DNA of 51,883 nucleotides. Source: Candidatus Fimenecus sp. (GTDB taxonomy: Bacteria; Bacillota; Clostridia; Oscillospirales; Acutalibacteraceae). The translations under genes were made by a program, and so were the position numbers. Below the pieces are notes generated by a model. The model had not been told where the DNA came from. It searched no databases and worked only from the letters and a program-made list of their open reading frames with translations. How positions within the stretch are numbered: the stretch's first letter is position 1; each line of letters starts with the position of its first letter. The DNA lies in assembly GCA_045611635.1 (NCBI GenBank), contig JAZKXL010000075.1:1-51883 (forward strand). Direction: 5' to 3'. Positions 24,116 through 34,900 of the stretch are shown here, one piece after another.

Positions 24116-25513
24116 TTAATATCCTAATTTCTTAAGAATTTTAGGGTCGCAAGTATTAGCGGCAACCGAACCAATTTCGGACCAAAGTTTATCTGCTTTT
24201 TCTTTCCATTCTTGGAAACCCTCATATTGTTCAGGGTAAGCATCATAAAGTTTACCGACCTTGTCACTATAACTAAGACCTTTAAGAAGCTTTCCAATAG
24301 TTTCAGGTTTGATTTTACCCTTTACAATACCTCTCACAATACCTTTAACGATATCGGCAATATCTTTACCTGAAAGATTAAGTCCAGTATCCATACCACC
24401 AAGGATTTTTTCACAAAAAATAATATCATTAGCAAAAAGATATTCCGCTTCATCATAATCCATTGAAATAACGCCCATAAGTGTAGGACGCATTGAGTCA
24501 AAATCCTTACCTTGTGCCACCATATAGCGTTTATTGATGCTCCACATTCTTTCTTTTGTCAGGAATTTGTCAGATTTCAAAAGATTTGAGATAACTTCAA
24601 CTGCAATTTCACCTGCAACAAGTGATGATGTGCAACCCTCACCACAAGTAGGTTTAGTATGACAAGCAGCATCGCCAAGAGCAATAAAGCCATCATCAAC
24701 AAGCGAATAAACTGATGTGTGATATGGTGTCATTCCCTTTTCAACACGTTCAACTTTGTATTCAGGGAATTTCACATTTTTCATAAAGTCTTCTTTAAAG
24801 ATTTCTTCCGCATAATCATAGCCATAAAATGCACCAATTCCAAGTATTGCACCGTTTGGATTATCAGATGGTGCTGACCAGGATTTATACTGCATGAAAA
24901 AGCCATCTAAATCTCTTGGATTAAAGTCATTTTTAAGATATTCAGCGTAATAAAGCACAACATAAAGAATATCTTTATTTGTAAGTTTAAAGTTACCTAC
25001 AACTGAAGTGTCAGGAAGTTTTGTACGGGCAACTGCAGGTATACCTGAACAATCAGCGACTATTCGTGCATATACTTTACACTCATCCTTTTCAGTTATA
25101 TATGTAGCACCTACAATTTTATGGTTTTCATAAATAAAATCAGTAAATGATGCTCCATAAACAATTTCAGCACCTGCTTTTTTAGCACGGTCAGCTATTG
25201 TAATTATATAATCATGCTTATGCAAACCAATAACCGGTTCTTCAGCACACGCCTTAGGATGATTACCGTAAGGAGAAACCATTGTTGAATGTAAAAAACG
25301 GAATTCACGTAAAGGATTTCCTTCTTCAGGAATTGCAAGGTCAAATTTAATCATATCGGACTCACCCATATGAAAAACATCATATTCTCTAGACACATTT
25401 TCAGGTAACTGTTTTTCGATTACAAGAACTTTAAATCCTTGTTCAGCCATTTTATAGGCAAACCAACAACCAGTTGTTGATGCACCTACCACCAATACAT
25501 CGTATTTTTTCAT
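24116..25513 (-). CDS. FAD-dependent oxidoreductase (geranylgeranyl-reductase-like / UbiH-type fold)
   Basis: 465 aa. N-terminal dinucleotide-binding motif YDVLVVGASTTGCWFAYKMAEQGFKVLVIEK and a later GDAACHTKPTCGEG motif. Specific substrate cannot be inferred. Confidence 0.7.
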   Translation of the reverse strand: MKKYDVLVVGASTTGCWFAYKMAEQGFKVLVIEKQLPENVSREYDVFHMGESDMIKFDLAIPEEGNPLREFRFLHSTMVSPYGNHPKACAEEPVIGLHKHDYIITIADRAKKAGAEIVYGASFTDFIYENHKIVGATYITEKDECKVYARIVADCSGIPAVARTKLPDTSVVGNFKLTNKDILYVVLYYAEYLKNDFNPRDLDGFFMQYKSWSAPSDNPNGAILGIGAFYGYDYAEEIFKEDFMKNVKFPEYKVERVEKGMTPYHTSVYSLVDDGFIALGDAACHTKPTCGEGCTSSLVAGEIAVEVISNLLKSDKFLTKERMWSINKRYMVAQGKDFDSMRPTLMGVISMDYDEAEYLFANDIIFCEKILGGMDTGLNLSGKDIADIVKGIVRGIVKGKIKPETIGKLLKGLSYSDKVGKLYDAYPEQYEGFQEWKEKADKLWSEIGSVAANTCDPKILKKLGY

Positions 25514-25530
25514 AACAATCCCCCGTTTAT

Positions 25531-26394
25531 TTATATTTCAATAATTCCTTTATTTGTTGGCTTGCAAAGATAAACACTATCATATTTTCTTGCAAGTTTA
25601 TTGTAACAATCCTCCGCTTGTTCTTTATCACTAAACAAGCCAAATACTGATGGACCACTACCACTCATACAACAAGCATCTGCACCGCATTTTCGCATAA
25701 CACCTTTAATATGAGGTCTTTTGGGCACTTCAACAGCTTGCTCAAATACATTACCACAATATGTGCAAATCTTTTCATAATCACCATTTGCAACCGCCTC
25801 AATCATTGAAACTCTATCAAGGTGTCGCACTCTTGATAGAGCATCAAACTGGGCATAAGCTTCAGGTGTTGAAACATCTTGGTCAGGTTTTGCCAAGATA
25901 ATATAACATTCAGGTAAATCTTTTACAGGTGCTATTACATTACCTGTATTAAGTGCGATTGCTGTACCCCCTACAAGACTAAATGGAATATCAGCACCAA
26001 CAGTTGCACCAATCTCACAAAGTTCATTTATTGAAAAATTTGTGTTATATATTTTATTTAAACAATATAAAACACCTGCGCCATCAGCACTTCCTCCTGC
26101 TGTACCTGCAGCCATAGGAATGTTTTTGTCAATCACAATAGTAATTCCATTATCATCAATATTACAAGCATTAAAAAACGCCGCAGCGCATTTATATGCA
26201 ATGTTTTTCTCATTGCAAGGCACACCAGTAGTATCACACTTAATTATGATTTTGTTTTCGTTATTTTTTACAACTTCAACTGTATCATATAAATCAACTG
26301 ACTGCATAATCATAAAAAGAGAATGATAACCATTATCAAGTCTTTTGAGAATATCAAGCATTAAGTTAATTTTTGCCGCTACTTTAACTCTCAT
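25531..26394 (-). CDS. ispE: 4-diphosphocytidyl-2-C-methyl-D-erythritol kinase (MEP pathway)
   Basis: 287 aa. N-terminus KINLMLDILKRLDNGYHSL and GHMP-kinase motif PMAAGTAGGSADGAG. Confidence 0.9.
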   Translation of the reverse strand: MRVKVAAKINLMLDILKRLDNGYHSLFMIMQSVDLYDTVEVVKNNENKIIIKCDTTGVPCNEKNIAYKCAAAFFNACNIDDNGITIVIDKNIPMAAGTAGGSADGAGVLYCLNKIYNTNFSINELCEIGATVGADIPFSLVGGTAIALNTGNVIAPVKDLPECYIILAKPDQDVSTPEAYAQFDALSRVRHLDRVSMIEAVANGDYEKICTYCGNVFEQAVEVPKRPHIKGVMRKCGADACCMSGSGPSVFGLFSDKEQAEDCYNKLARKYDSVYLCKPTNKGIIEI

Positions 26395-26396
26395 AA

Positions 26397-27221
26397 TTAG
26401 TCCTCCATTTGTATTTTCATTTGCATAGGAGTATGTTTTTGAAAGAATGTTATACTATCAAAACCCGCTTCTAACACACAACTATACGCTTTATCAATAT
26501 CACAAGCCAAGTGTTCAGCATAATGAGCGTCAGAACCTACCGAAACATATTTACCACCCAGTTCTTTAAAGCGCTTAACAATATCAATTTCAGGTGATAA
26601 TTTATTAAGCGGTTGGCGAAGCGCTGCAGTATTTATTTCAAGCGCTTTTTCACCTTTCGCAGTCATCAATAGTATTTCATCAATTTGATTTTTATAGTTG
26701 CTTAAATCAATGCTGATATTTGACTGTGAATAGAAATATCTTAAAGGATATGTAAGATGTGCTAGAACATCAAACTTGCCCCATTTAAGCATTTCAATGA
26801 TTTCATCAAAATATTGCTTTAAAAGATTATTTGCTTGGTCAAAAGTAAGATTTTTCATAAAATAAAAATCTTCACTGCCACGAAGATTATGAATTGAACC
26901 TAAAATGTGGTCATAATAATGTCTATTTATAATTCTATTTGCCATTTCAACATCATAGGTAGGTTGTCCTAATTCAATACCATTAAGGACTAAAAGCTTA
27001 CCGCTAAATGCTGAACGCACTTTAGAGATTTCAAAGAATGCCTGAAACATTCTTTTTTCATAATTTTCATCATCACGATATTGGTCAACTTCACAATGGT
27101 CAGTAAATGCAAGTGCACGCAAATCCATCATTTCAGCTTTTTCACAAAAAAAAGTAGCTGAATGATTACCGTCAAAGGAGTTATCAGTATGAACATGTAA
27201 ATCAACAATATTCTTGTACAT
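26397..27221 (-). CDS. PHP-domain phosphoesterase (HisJ-type histidinol-phosphatase family)
   Basis: N-terminus VDLHVHTDNSFDG, later FTDHCE and GSDAH motifs. The ORF-track start at 27236 is TTG. ATG 27221 is preferred because a GAGGTG ribosome-binding site lies 7 nt upstream. Confidence 0.78.
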   Translation of the reverse strand: MYKNIVDLHVHTDNSFDGNHSATFFCEKAEMMDLRALAFTDHCEVDQYRDDENYEKRMFQAFFEISKVRSAFSGKLLVLNGIELGQPTYDVEMANRIINRHYYDHILGSIHNLRGSEDFYFMKNLTFDQANNLLKQYFDEIIEMLKWGKFDVLAHLTYPLRYFYSQSNISIDLSNYKNQIDEILLMTAKGEKALEINTAALRQPLNKLSPEIDIVKRFKELGGKYVSVGSDAHYAEHLACDIDKAYSCVLEAGFDSITFFQKHTPMQMKIQMED

Positions 27222-27361
27222 GGGAATACACCTCAAATAGTTTATGTGTTTATTTTACTATAAATCCAACATGTTTTTCAATAAATTTTGAAAAATATTG
27301 ATATTCACAATAAAGAATTTTTATGATACAATATACAAAATACATTTTGGAGGTATTTCTA

Positions 27362-27631
27362 ATGAGAGGTATTATCACTGTAGTAGGTAAAGATATGGTT
27401 GGTATTCTCGCTAAAGTTTCAGGCGTTTGTGCCGAAAACAGCGTAAATGTTATTGAAGTTTCACAGTCAATTTTGCAAGATATGTTTTGCATGATTATGC
27501 TTGTTGATTTTGAAAAAGCAAATATTCCTTTTACTGATTTTTCAGACAAAGTTACTGCACTTGGTAATGAAATGGCTCTTTCAATTCATGTTATGCATGA
27601 AGATATTTTTAATTCAATGCATAGAATATAA
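27362..27631 (+). CDS. ACT-domain protein, UPF0237 family
   Basis: About 89 aa starting [22 protein letters not shown] (ACT beta-alpha-beta pattern). GGAGG ribosome-binding site upstream of ATG 27362. The ORF-track start at 27323 lacks a ribosome-binding site. Confidence 0.8.
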   Translation: MRGIITVVGKDMVGILAKVSGVCAENSVNVIEVSQSILQDMFCMIMLVDFEKANIPFTDFSDKVTALGNEMALSIHVMHEDIFNSMHRI

Positions 27632-27645
27632 GTAGGTATAGTAAA

Positions 27646-29001
27646 ATGATTAATACACACGATATACTTGAAACAATTAATATGATTCAGGATGAAAATC
27701 TTGACATAAGAACAATTACAATGGGTATTTCTCTTCTTGACTGTTGCACAGGTGATGCAAAATCAACTTGTGACAAGATTTATGAGAAAATGACAAGAAA
27801 AGCTGAAAACCTTGTAAAAACAGGTGAAGATATTGAAAAGGAATATGGTATTCCGATTATCAATAAAAGAATTTCAGTAACACCTATTTCAATGATTTTA
27901 GCATCTGGTAAGGGTGACCCTGTTTTATATGCAAAAACTCTTGAAAGAGTAGCACAAACTGTTGGTGTAAACTTTATTGGTGGTTACTCTGCACTTGTGC
28001 ATAAAGGATTTGCCGCCGGTGATGAAGCTTTAATTCGTAGTATTCCTGAAGCGCTTGATGTTACTGAACATATTTGTTCATCAGTTAATATTGGTTCAAC
28101 AAAAGCCGGTATTAATATGGATGCAGTTAAACTTATGGGACAAATCATTAAAGAGTCAGCTGAGATTACTGCAAACAAAGGTTGCATTGGACCTGCAAAG
28201 CTTGTTGTATTTTGTAATGCTCCTGAAGATAACCCATTTATGGCGGGTGCATTCCACGGTGTTGGTGAACCTGACTGTGTAATCAATGTTGGTGTATCAG
28301 GACCTGGCGTTGTTCGTTCTGCAATTTCAAAAATTCCTGATGCTAACATAACTGAAATTGCTGATATGGTTAAGCGTACCGCATTCAAGATTACAAGAAT
28401 GGGTCAGCTTGTGGCCTGTGAGGCATCTAAACGACTTAATGTACCATTTGGTATAGTTGACCTTTCTCTTGCTCCAACACCTGCTATAGGTGATTCTGTA
28501 GCTTATATTCTTGAGGAAATGGGACTTGAACAGTGTGGTGCACACGGAACAACTGCTTGCCTTGCACTTCTCAATGATGCGGTTAAAAAAGGTGGCGTTA
28601 TGGCATCATCACATGTTGGTGGACTTTCAGGTGCATTTATTCCTGTTTCCGAAGATGCTGGTATGATTGCAGCAGCTACAAGTGGTGCTCTCACAATAGA
28701 AAAACTTGAAGCGATGACTTGTGTGTGTTCAGTTGGTCTTGATATGATTATTGTGCCTGGTGACACAACAGCTGAAGTACTTTCAGGTATTATTGCTGAT
28801 GAAGCAGCAATTGGTATGGTAAATTCAAAAACAACTGCAGTAAGACTTATTCCTGCAATTGGCAAAGATATTGGTGATACACTCAATTTCGGCGGACTTT
28901 TAGGATATGGACCTGTTATGAAATTAAACACTGCCTCCCCTGCTAAGTTTATTAACCGCGGCGGTAGAATCCCAGCACCATTACAAAGCTTGAAGAATTA
29001 A
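27646..29001 (+). CDS. UPF0210 (DUF711) family protein, function unknown
   Basis: 451 aa. Begins [33 protein letters not shown], typical of the conserved UPF0210 partner of UPF0237 ACT proteins. Confidence 0.8.
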   Translation: MINTHDILETINMIQDENLDIRTITMGISLLDCCTGDAKSTCDKIYEKMTRKAENLVKTGEDIEKEYGIPIINKRISVTPISMILASGKGDPVLYAKTLERVAQTVGVNFIGGYSALVHKGFAAGDEALIRSIPEALDVTEHICSSVNIGSTKAGINMDAVKLMGQIIKESAEITANKGCIGPAKLVVFCNAPEDNPFMAGAFHGVGEPDCVINVGVSGPGVVRSAISKIPDANITEIADMVKRTAFKITRMGQLVACEASKRLNVPFGIVDLSLAPTPAIGDSVAYILEEMGLEQCGAHGTTACLALLNDAVKKGGVMASSHVGGLSGAFIPVSEDAGMIAAATSGALTIEKLEAMTCVCSVGLDMIIVPGDTTAEVLSGIIADEAAIGMVNSKTTAVRLIPAIGKDIGDTLNFGGLLGYGPVMKLNTASPAKFINRGGRIPAPLQSLKN

Positions 29002-29012
29002 ATAATAAATTT

Positions 29013-29047
29013 AGGGTGGAAGTCAAATGGACTCCACCCTTTTTTTA
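29013..29047 (+). terminator. Terminator between the convergent UPF0210 and spoIVB genes
   Basis: GGGTGGA...GTC pairs with GAC...TCCACCC (29014-29039), followed by TTTTTTT (29040-29046). Confidence 0.75.
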
Positions 29048-30283
29048 TGATGCTTTGAGTTGTTGGTATTTTTCCATTTCACGACACATAGAGGTTTCAT
29101 ACATTCTTTCCGCAAAAATTGCGTATCCTTGTGTGGGCTCATTTACAAAAACATGAGTTACCGCACCTATAATCATACCATTTTGAATAATTGGACTTCC
29201 ACTCATACCTTGTACTATTCCACCTGTTATTTTTATCAAATCCTTATCAACTATTTTTATAATCATATCTTTGTTAACTGTAGGAGAATTTGAATATATT
29301 TTTGTAATTTTAACGTCATAATATTTAGGACCAGAGTTATCTATAGTACATATTATTTGAGCATCACCTTCTATTACTTCTTGTCTCACTGCAACTGGCA
29401 TTAAATCTATCTTATTGCATTTTGTAAATCCATAAATTCCTTCTTCACAATTAAGGCAAAGTGTACCATTACTTTTACCTGTTAATACTCCACACAACTC
29501 CCCTACCACACCATTTGAACTTTTATATAAACCCTTTATTCCTGCCTCTGCCATTTCGCCATTCTTCATTGGCATAATTGTTTTGGTGTCAACATCATAT
29601 ATTGGGTGCCCAAGTCCGGCAAAAGAAGCATTTTCAGGATTATAAAATGTCACTGTGCCAAGTCCTGCTGTACTATCACGAACCCAAAGCCCAGCTTTAT
29701 ATTTACCACTTAAATCGTCTTTATAAGTTTTGAACTTTACACTTACTTCTTTATTGCTACGGGTCACTTTTATTAATATTTCTTTACCTTGGCTTTTTTC
29801 TAAAATTTTTGAAAGGTGATTTGTTGATTGAATTTTTACACCATCAATTTCTTTTATTATGTCTCCAACTAAAAGGCCAGCTTCTTGAGCAGGATTTATA
29901 GTACAACTTTCAGTTTCTACAACATCAGTATCAACTATAATAACTCCATCTGTATAAAGTTTTATACCAAAAATTTCTCCACCAGGAATAACATATTTTC
30001 TTTTAGAATTAGTAATTTGAATACTTTTTACCGGAATAATATCTAAAAGTTCAATTTTTGCTTCTTGACGTGTTGTTTCATTGTTGTCTCTAGATACATC
30101 TAACTCACTTTCAATTTTTATATTAAATAAATTTAATCCAAAAATTTTTGGTGTTGGATATGAAACCTTTTCAATAGTTGTTATTTTTTCAGGGACTGAT
30201 ATTTGGGCGACATATATTAATGAAAAAATAATTGAACATAAAGCAACACCTATAATCGATAAAAATTTTAAAAATTTTCGCAT
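29045..30283 (-). CDS. spoIVB: SpoIVB peptidase (S55 sporulation signalling serine protease)
   Basis: 412 aa. N-terminal anchor, PDZ-like segment AGLLVGDIIKEIDGVKI, C-terminal GGIVQGMSGSPIIQNGMIIGAVTHVF motif. GGAGGTG ribosome-binding site. Confidence 0.88.
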   Translation of the reverse strand: MRKFLKFLSIIGVALCSIIFSLIYVAQISVPEKITTIEKVSYPTPKIFGLNLFNIKIESELDVSRDNNETTRQEAKIELLDIIPVKSIQITNSKRKYVIPGGEIFGIKLYTDGVIIVDTDVVETESCTINPAQEAGLLVGDIIKEIDGVKIQSTNHLSKILEKSQGKEILIKVTRSNKEVSVKFKTYKDDLSGKYKAGLWVRDSTAGLGTVTFYNPENASFAGLGHPIYDVDTKTIMPMKNGEMAEAGIKGLYKSSNGVVGELCGVLTGKSNGTLCLNCEEGIYGFTKCNKIDLMPVAVRQEVIEGDAQIICTIDNSGPKYYDVKITKIYSNSPTVNKDMIIKIVDKDLIKITGGIVQGMSGSPIIQNGMIIGAVTHVFVNEPTQGYAIFAERMYETSMCREMEKYQQLKAS

Positions 30284-30349
30284 TCATTTCACCTCCGGAT
30301 ATTTTTTCTCACTAATAATTTGTCTTTTAATTAAAATATTATTTGAGGT

Positions 30350-30392
30350 AAAAAATAAACCTTGCGGTGAAATTTTCATTTCACCGCAAGGT
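30350..30392 (-). terminator. Rho-independent terminator after aroK
   Basis: A perfect 15-bp stem. ACCTTGCGGTGAAAT (30359-30373) pairs with ATTTCACCGCAAGGT (30378-30392). The minus strand then reads TTATTTTTT. Confidence 0.85.
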
Positions 30393-30399
30393 AATACAT

Positions 30400-30891
30400 T
30401 TAGAAAATTTTGCAAATTTTTTCAACAACTTGTTCTACTGAAACACCATCAAGTGTAAGCTTTATATCAGCATATTTATCATAAAGAGAAATACGCTCAT
30501 TATAAATGTCATCTATAGTATTATTCTTTTGTGCAGCAATACCACGAGTGCTAATGTTATTTAGACGCTTTTTAATTTCTTCTAATGGTACATCTAAAAA
30601 TATGATTTTACCATTTTTCTTTAGATGTTCAATAGCATCTTCACGATATACAACACTGCCACCTGTTGCAATTACTGAGTTTTCACAATTAATTGACTTA
30701 ACCGCATTTGCTTCGCAATCAAGAAAATTTTCAATACCATCAGTGTCAATGATGTTTTGAAGTAATCTATTCTCTCTTTGTTGAATAATCAAATCAGTAT
30801 CAATAAAACCAACGCCTAAAGTTTTTGCAAGAATTACACCAACTGTGCTCTTACCACAACCAGGCATACCGATAAGTACAATATTTGCCAT
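30400..30891 (-). CDS. aroK: Shikimate kinase
   Basis: 163 aa. Walker A GMPGCGKSTVG, and the GGS segment in IATGGSVVYRED. Confidence 0.88.
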   Translation of the reverse strand: MANIVLIGMPGCGKSTVGVILAKTLGVGFIDTDLIIQQRENRLLQNIIDTDGIENFLDCEANAVKSINCENSVIATGGSVVYREDAIEHLKKNGKIIFLDVPLEEIKKRLNNISTRGIAAQKNNTIDDIYNERISLYDKYADIKLTLDGVSVEQVVEKICKIF

Positions 30892-30893
30892 AA

Positions 30894-31856
30894 TTAGATT
30901 GAAATTTCGTGAGCAATTTTATATTCTTCAATATTAAGAGATTTCTTCATATTGAGTGCTTCAAAAATGTCGTAGTTAACAATTTCATCTTTATTGATAG
31001 CAAGAACACGGTTACCAATACCTTCTTTAAGAAGTTCAACCGCTTTGTAACCCATAAGAGATGCAGTAACTCTATCACGTACTGTTGGATGACCACCACG
31101 TTGAACATGACCAAGAACAGTTGCTCTTGTTTCAACACCTGTTTCAGCTTCAATACGTTTTGCCATCTCTTCAACGCCACCAATACCCTCAGCAACGATA
31201 ATGATAAAGTGTCTCTTACCTGTTTTTTGAGTTCTCTTCATTCTTTCAATAACATCACGTTGGAAATCATATTCAACTTCAGGAATAAGAATTGATGTTG
31301 CACCGCAAGCAATACCTGCATTGAGAGCAATGTAACCTGCGCGTCTACCCATAACTTCAACAACTGTACAACGGTCATGTGATTCAGAAGTATCACGAAG
31401 ACGGTCCACCATTTCAAGAACTGTATTCATAGCAGTATCATAACCAATTGTGTAGTCACTACATGCAATATCATTATCAATAGTTCCGGGAATACCAACA
31501 CAGTTAACACCACGAAGTGATAAGTCACGAGCACCACGGAATGAACCGTCACCACCGATTACAACAATGCCTTCCATATTTACATCTTTCGCAACCTTAA
31601 GTGCTTTTTGAAGGCCTTCTTCAGTTTTAAACTCAGGACTTCTTGCAGAATAAAGAACCGTACCACCACGGTTAATAATATTTGAAACTGAACGAAGATT
31701 CATCTCAAACATATCGCCTTGCATAAGACCATTATAACCACGTCTAATACCCATTACTCTAAAGCCGTTTTCACAACCTGCACGAACAACTGCACGAACA
31801 GCAGCGTTCATACCTGGAGCGTCACCGCCACTTGTTAAAACACCTATTGTTTTCAT
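30894..31856 (-). CDS. pfkA: ATP-dependent 6-phosphofructokinase
   Basis: 320 aa with motifs GVLTSGGDAPGMNAA, IGGDGS, PGTIDND and MGRRAG. Confidence 0.95.
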   Translation of the reverse strand: MKTIGVLTSGGDAPGMNAAVRAVVRAGCENGFRVMGIRRGYNGLMQGDMFEMNLRSVSNIINRGGTVLYSARSPEFKTEEGLQKALKVAKDVNMEGIVVIGGDGSFRGARDLSLRGVNCVGIPGTIDNDIACSDYTIGYDTAMNTVLEMVDRLRDTSESHDRCTVVEVMGRRAGYIALNAGIACGATSILIPEVEYDFQRDVIERMKRTQKTGKRHFIIIVAEGIGGVEEMAKRIEAETGVETRATVLGHVQRGGHPTVRDRVTASLMGYKAVELLKEGIGNRVLAINKDEIVNYDIFEALNMKKSLNIEEYKIAHEISI

Positions 31857-31903
31857 TTAAATCACCCTTTATATTTTGCTAAATATTACCACATTGAGTT
31901 TAT

Positions 31904-31932
31904 ATAATACCATAATAAACTATAAATTGCAA
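31904..31932 (-). promoter_or_regulatory. Candidate sigma-A promoter for pfkA-aroK
   Basis: Minus strand reads TTGCAA (31927-31932), 17 nt, TATTAT (31904-31909), preceded by a TGG extended -10. Confidence 0.5.
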
Positions 31933-31940
31933 GTTTATAA

Positions 31941-34900
31941 TCATTTTTGCAAAATAATGTTTTGTTCCCCTATGTTTTTTTTCAATTCACCAATAAGAGT
32001 ATCATTTACTGCAATCTTTTTACAAGGGAAATACTGTTTTGTAGATGCAAAATAAAAATATAGTGGAGTTTCCCCTGCGCTAGCATTTTTGCTTATAATT
32101 TCAAGGCATTTTGTGTATTCTACAGATTGGTTACTTTCAACCCTTATAAACAATCCTTGTTTTTTTGTGCGATTTTCTTTTGCATTTTCGGCAGTTTCAA
32201 GATAATCAAGAATAATTTTTGGATTTTCTTCTTCTCGAATTGATAAGCGACCACCAACAAGCATTGCAACACCATTATTGATTTTGTTCATATATTTTGC
32301 AAGAAGTTTTGGAAATACTATAACTTCAATAGTTCCCCCAACATCTTCAATATTTAAAAACGCCATACTTTCGCCTTTTTTAGTTTGTTTACGAGTAACA
32401 CCACTTATAATACCCATAATTTTAACGGAAGCAGTATCAACATAAGGCGAATTATAATCATTCTCACCATTTATTATGTCGGTAATTTTATCACATTTCA
32501 ATTCAACTGCCAAATCGGAATATTGCTCCATAGGATGTGAGGATATATAAAGTCCTGTTGTTTCTTTTTCCATTTGCAACAAATCTTGTGTTCTAAATTC
32601 AGCAGTTGGTTTCATTACATATTCAGAACTTACACCCTCATTAATCATATCGAAAAAACCAATTTGTCCTTGAATATTTCTTCTGCGTTCATTGTCAAGT
32701 TCATCAATAATAAATGGTAAATTTGTAAGCATTTCGTTGCGATTGCTACCTAATCCATCTAACGCACCACTTTTAATAAGATTTTCAACTGAACGGCGGT
32801 TAAATCCTTTACCATGTACACGCTTACAAAATGAGTAAAATGAAGTAAAATCACCATTTTTTTCACGTTCATTAATAATTGTATCAATAAAATCGTGACC
32901 AAGATTTTTAATTGCAAGAAGACCAAACATTATTGATTTTTTCTTATTTTTTCCAACTGTAAATGTTTTATAACTGAAATTTACATTTGGAGCAAGAATT
33001 TTAATGTCATTACGCTTACAATCATCAATATATCCTGCTACTTTATCAGAATTATCAAGCACACTTGTAAGTAACGCTGCCATAAATTCACAAGGATAAT
33101 AATATTTAAGATACGCTGTTCTATATGCAACAACAGCATATGCCGCCGCATGAGATTTGTTAAATGCATAAGATGCAAATGATGACATATCATCAAAAAT
33201 TTCGTTTGCAATTTCTTTTGAAATATTATTTTTTGAACATCCATCACAAAAAAATGCACGCTCATCTTCAAGCACTTTATGTTTTTTCTTAGACATTGCA
33301 CGACGAACAATATCAGCCCTGCCAAGTGAATAACCCGCAAGTGAGCGGAAAATTTGCATTACTTGCTCTTGATAAACCATACAACCATATGTGACATCAA
33401 GAATATCTCGAAGCATTGGTGCTTTATAACGAATATTATCAGGATTATGCCTGTTTTGAATATACGAATCAATAGAATCCATTGGTCCTGGTCTATAGAG
33501 AGAAATAACCGCAATAATATCTTCAATATTAGTAGGTTTAAGGCGCATAAATACGCTTCTCATACCACTTGATTCACATTGGAATACGCCGTCGGTTTTA
33601 CCACTTGTAAACAATGAATATACATTCAAGTCACTAAAATCAATTTTTTCAATATCAAAATCAGGATTATTTTTTTGCACCATTTTCACACAATCATTAA
33701 TTACCGTTAATGTGCGAAGTCCAAGAAAATCCATCTTAAGAAGACCCAATTCTTCAATAGTAGTCATTGTAAACTGTGTAACAATGGATTCATCATTAGT
33801 TGCAAGTGGAACATAATCACTGACTGGTCGGTCAGTAATAACAATACCCGCAGCGTGTGTAGATGCGTGACGAGGCATACCTTCAACACTCATTGACATA
33901 TCAATAAGTTCCTTCACTTTGTCATCACTATCATAGAGAATTTTTAAATCTTCACTTTCATCAAGTGCTTTTTCAATGGTAATACCCAATGCTCTTGGAA
34001 TTTTCTTTGCAACTGCATCAACACTGGCATAAGACATTCCTAAAGCTCTACCAACATCACGGATTGCAGCACGAGCAGCCATTGTACCAAAAGTTACAAT
34101 TTGTGCTACGTGGTCAGCACCATATTTTTTAACGACGTAGTCAATTACCTCTTGACGTCTTTCATAACAAAAATCCACATCAATATCAGGCATACTGACA
34201 CGCTCAGGATTTAAAAAACGCTCAAAAATAAGATTATATTTAATAGGGTCAACATTGGTAATGCCCGTACAATAAGCACAAATACTGCCAGCACCTGAGC
34301 CACGGCCCGGACCTACAGGAATACCATTATCTTTAGCATATTGAATAAAGTCAGACACAATAAGAAAATAATCAACATAGCCCATACTTTCAATAACTGA
34401 AAGCTCGTATTCTAATCTATCAATATATAACTTATCAGGATTTTCACCGTATTTTTCTTTTAATCCTTTATAGGATTTTTCACGAAGATAATCATAGTGA
34501 GTAATGCCAGCAGGTACTTGAAAATTAGGAAGTTTTGTGTTACCAAATTCAAAATCGAAATTACACATATCGGCAATTTTTTGTGTATTTTGAATTGCAT
34601 CTTCTACATATCCAAACTTTTTGCGCATTTCATTTTCTGTTTTAAGATAAAACTCATCAGTTTCAAATTCAAGTGCTGCTTCTTCATCAACAGTGTGGTT
34701 TGTAGCTATACAGATAAGTACTTTTTGAACTTTTGAGTCTTCACGGTCAATATAGTGCACATCGTTTGTAGCAACAAGAGGGATTCCCGTTTCTTGAGAC
34801 AAACGCACTAACGCCTCATTAACTTTTAGCTGTTCAGATAATGAGTGGTCCTGCATTTCAAGATAGTAGTTATCTTTGCCAAAAAGTTTAGAATACCACA

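Noticed and set aside
27250-27549. 99-aa minus-strand ORF overlapping the promoter and 5' end of the ACT-domain gene. Also the extended ORF-track starts at 27323, 11497, 6659, 27236, 48804 and 51773.
   Set aside because: The minus-strand ORF lacks a ribosome-binding site and any motifs. The extended starts use TTG or poorly placed ATGs, and some include the Shine-Dalgarno sequence of a better downstream ATG.
30284-30349. Forespore sigma-F/sigma-G promoter upstream of spoIVB.
   Set aside because: The best candidate is AAATA-17 nt-CAAATTA, which deviates from the GnATA / CATnnTA consensus at key positions. The assignment would be guesswork without transcript mapping.
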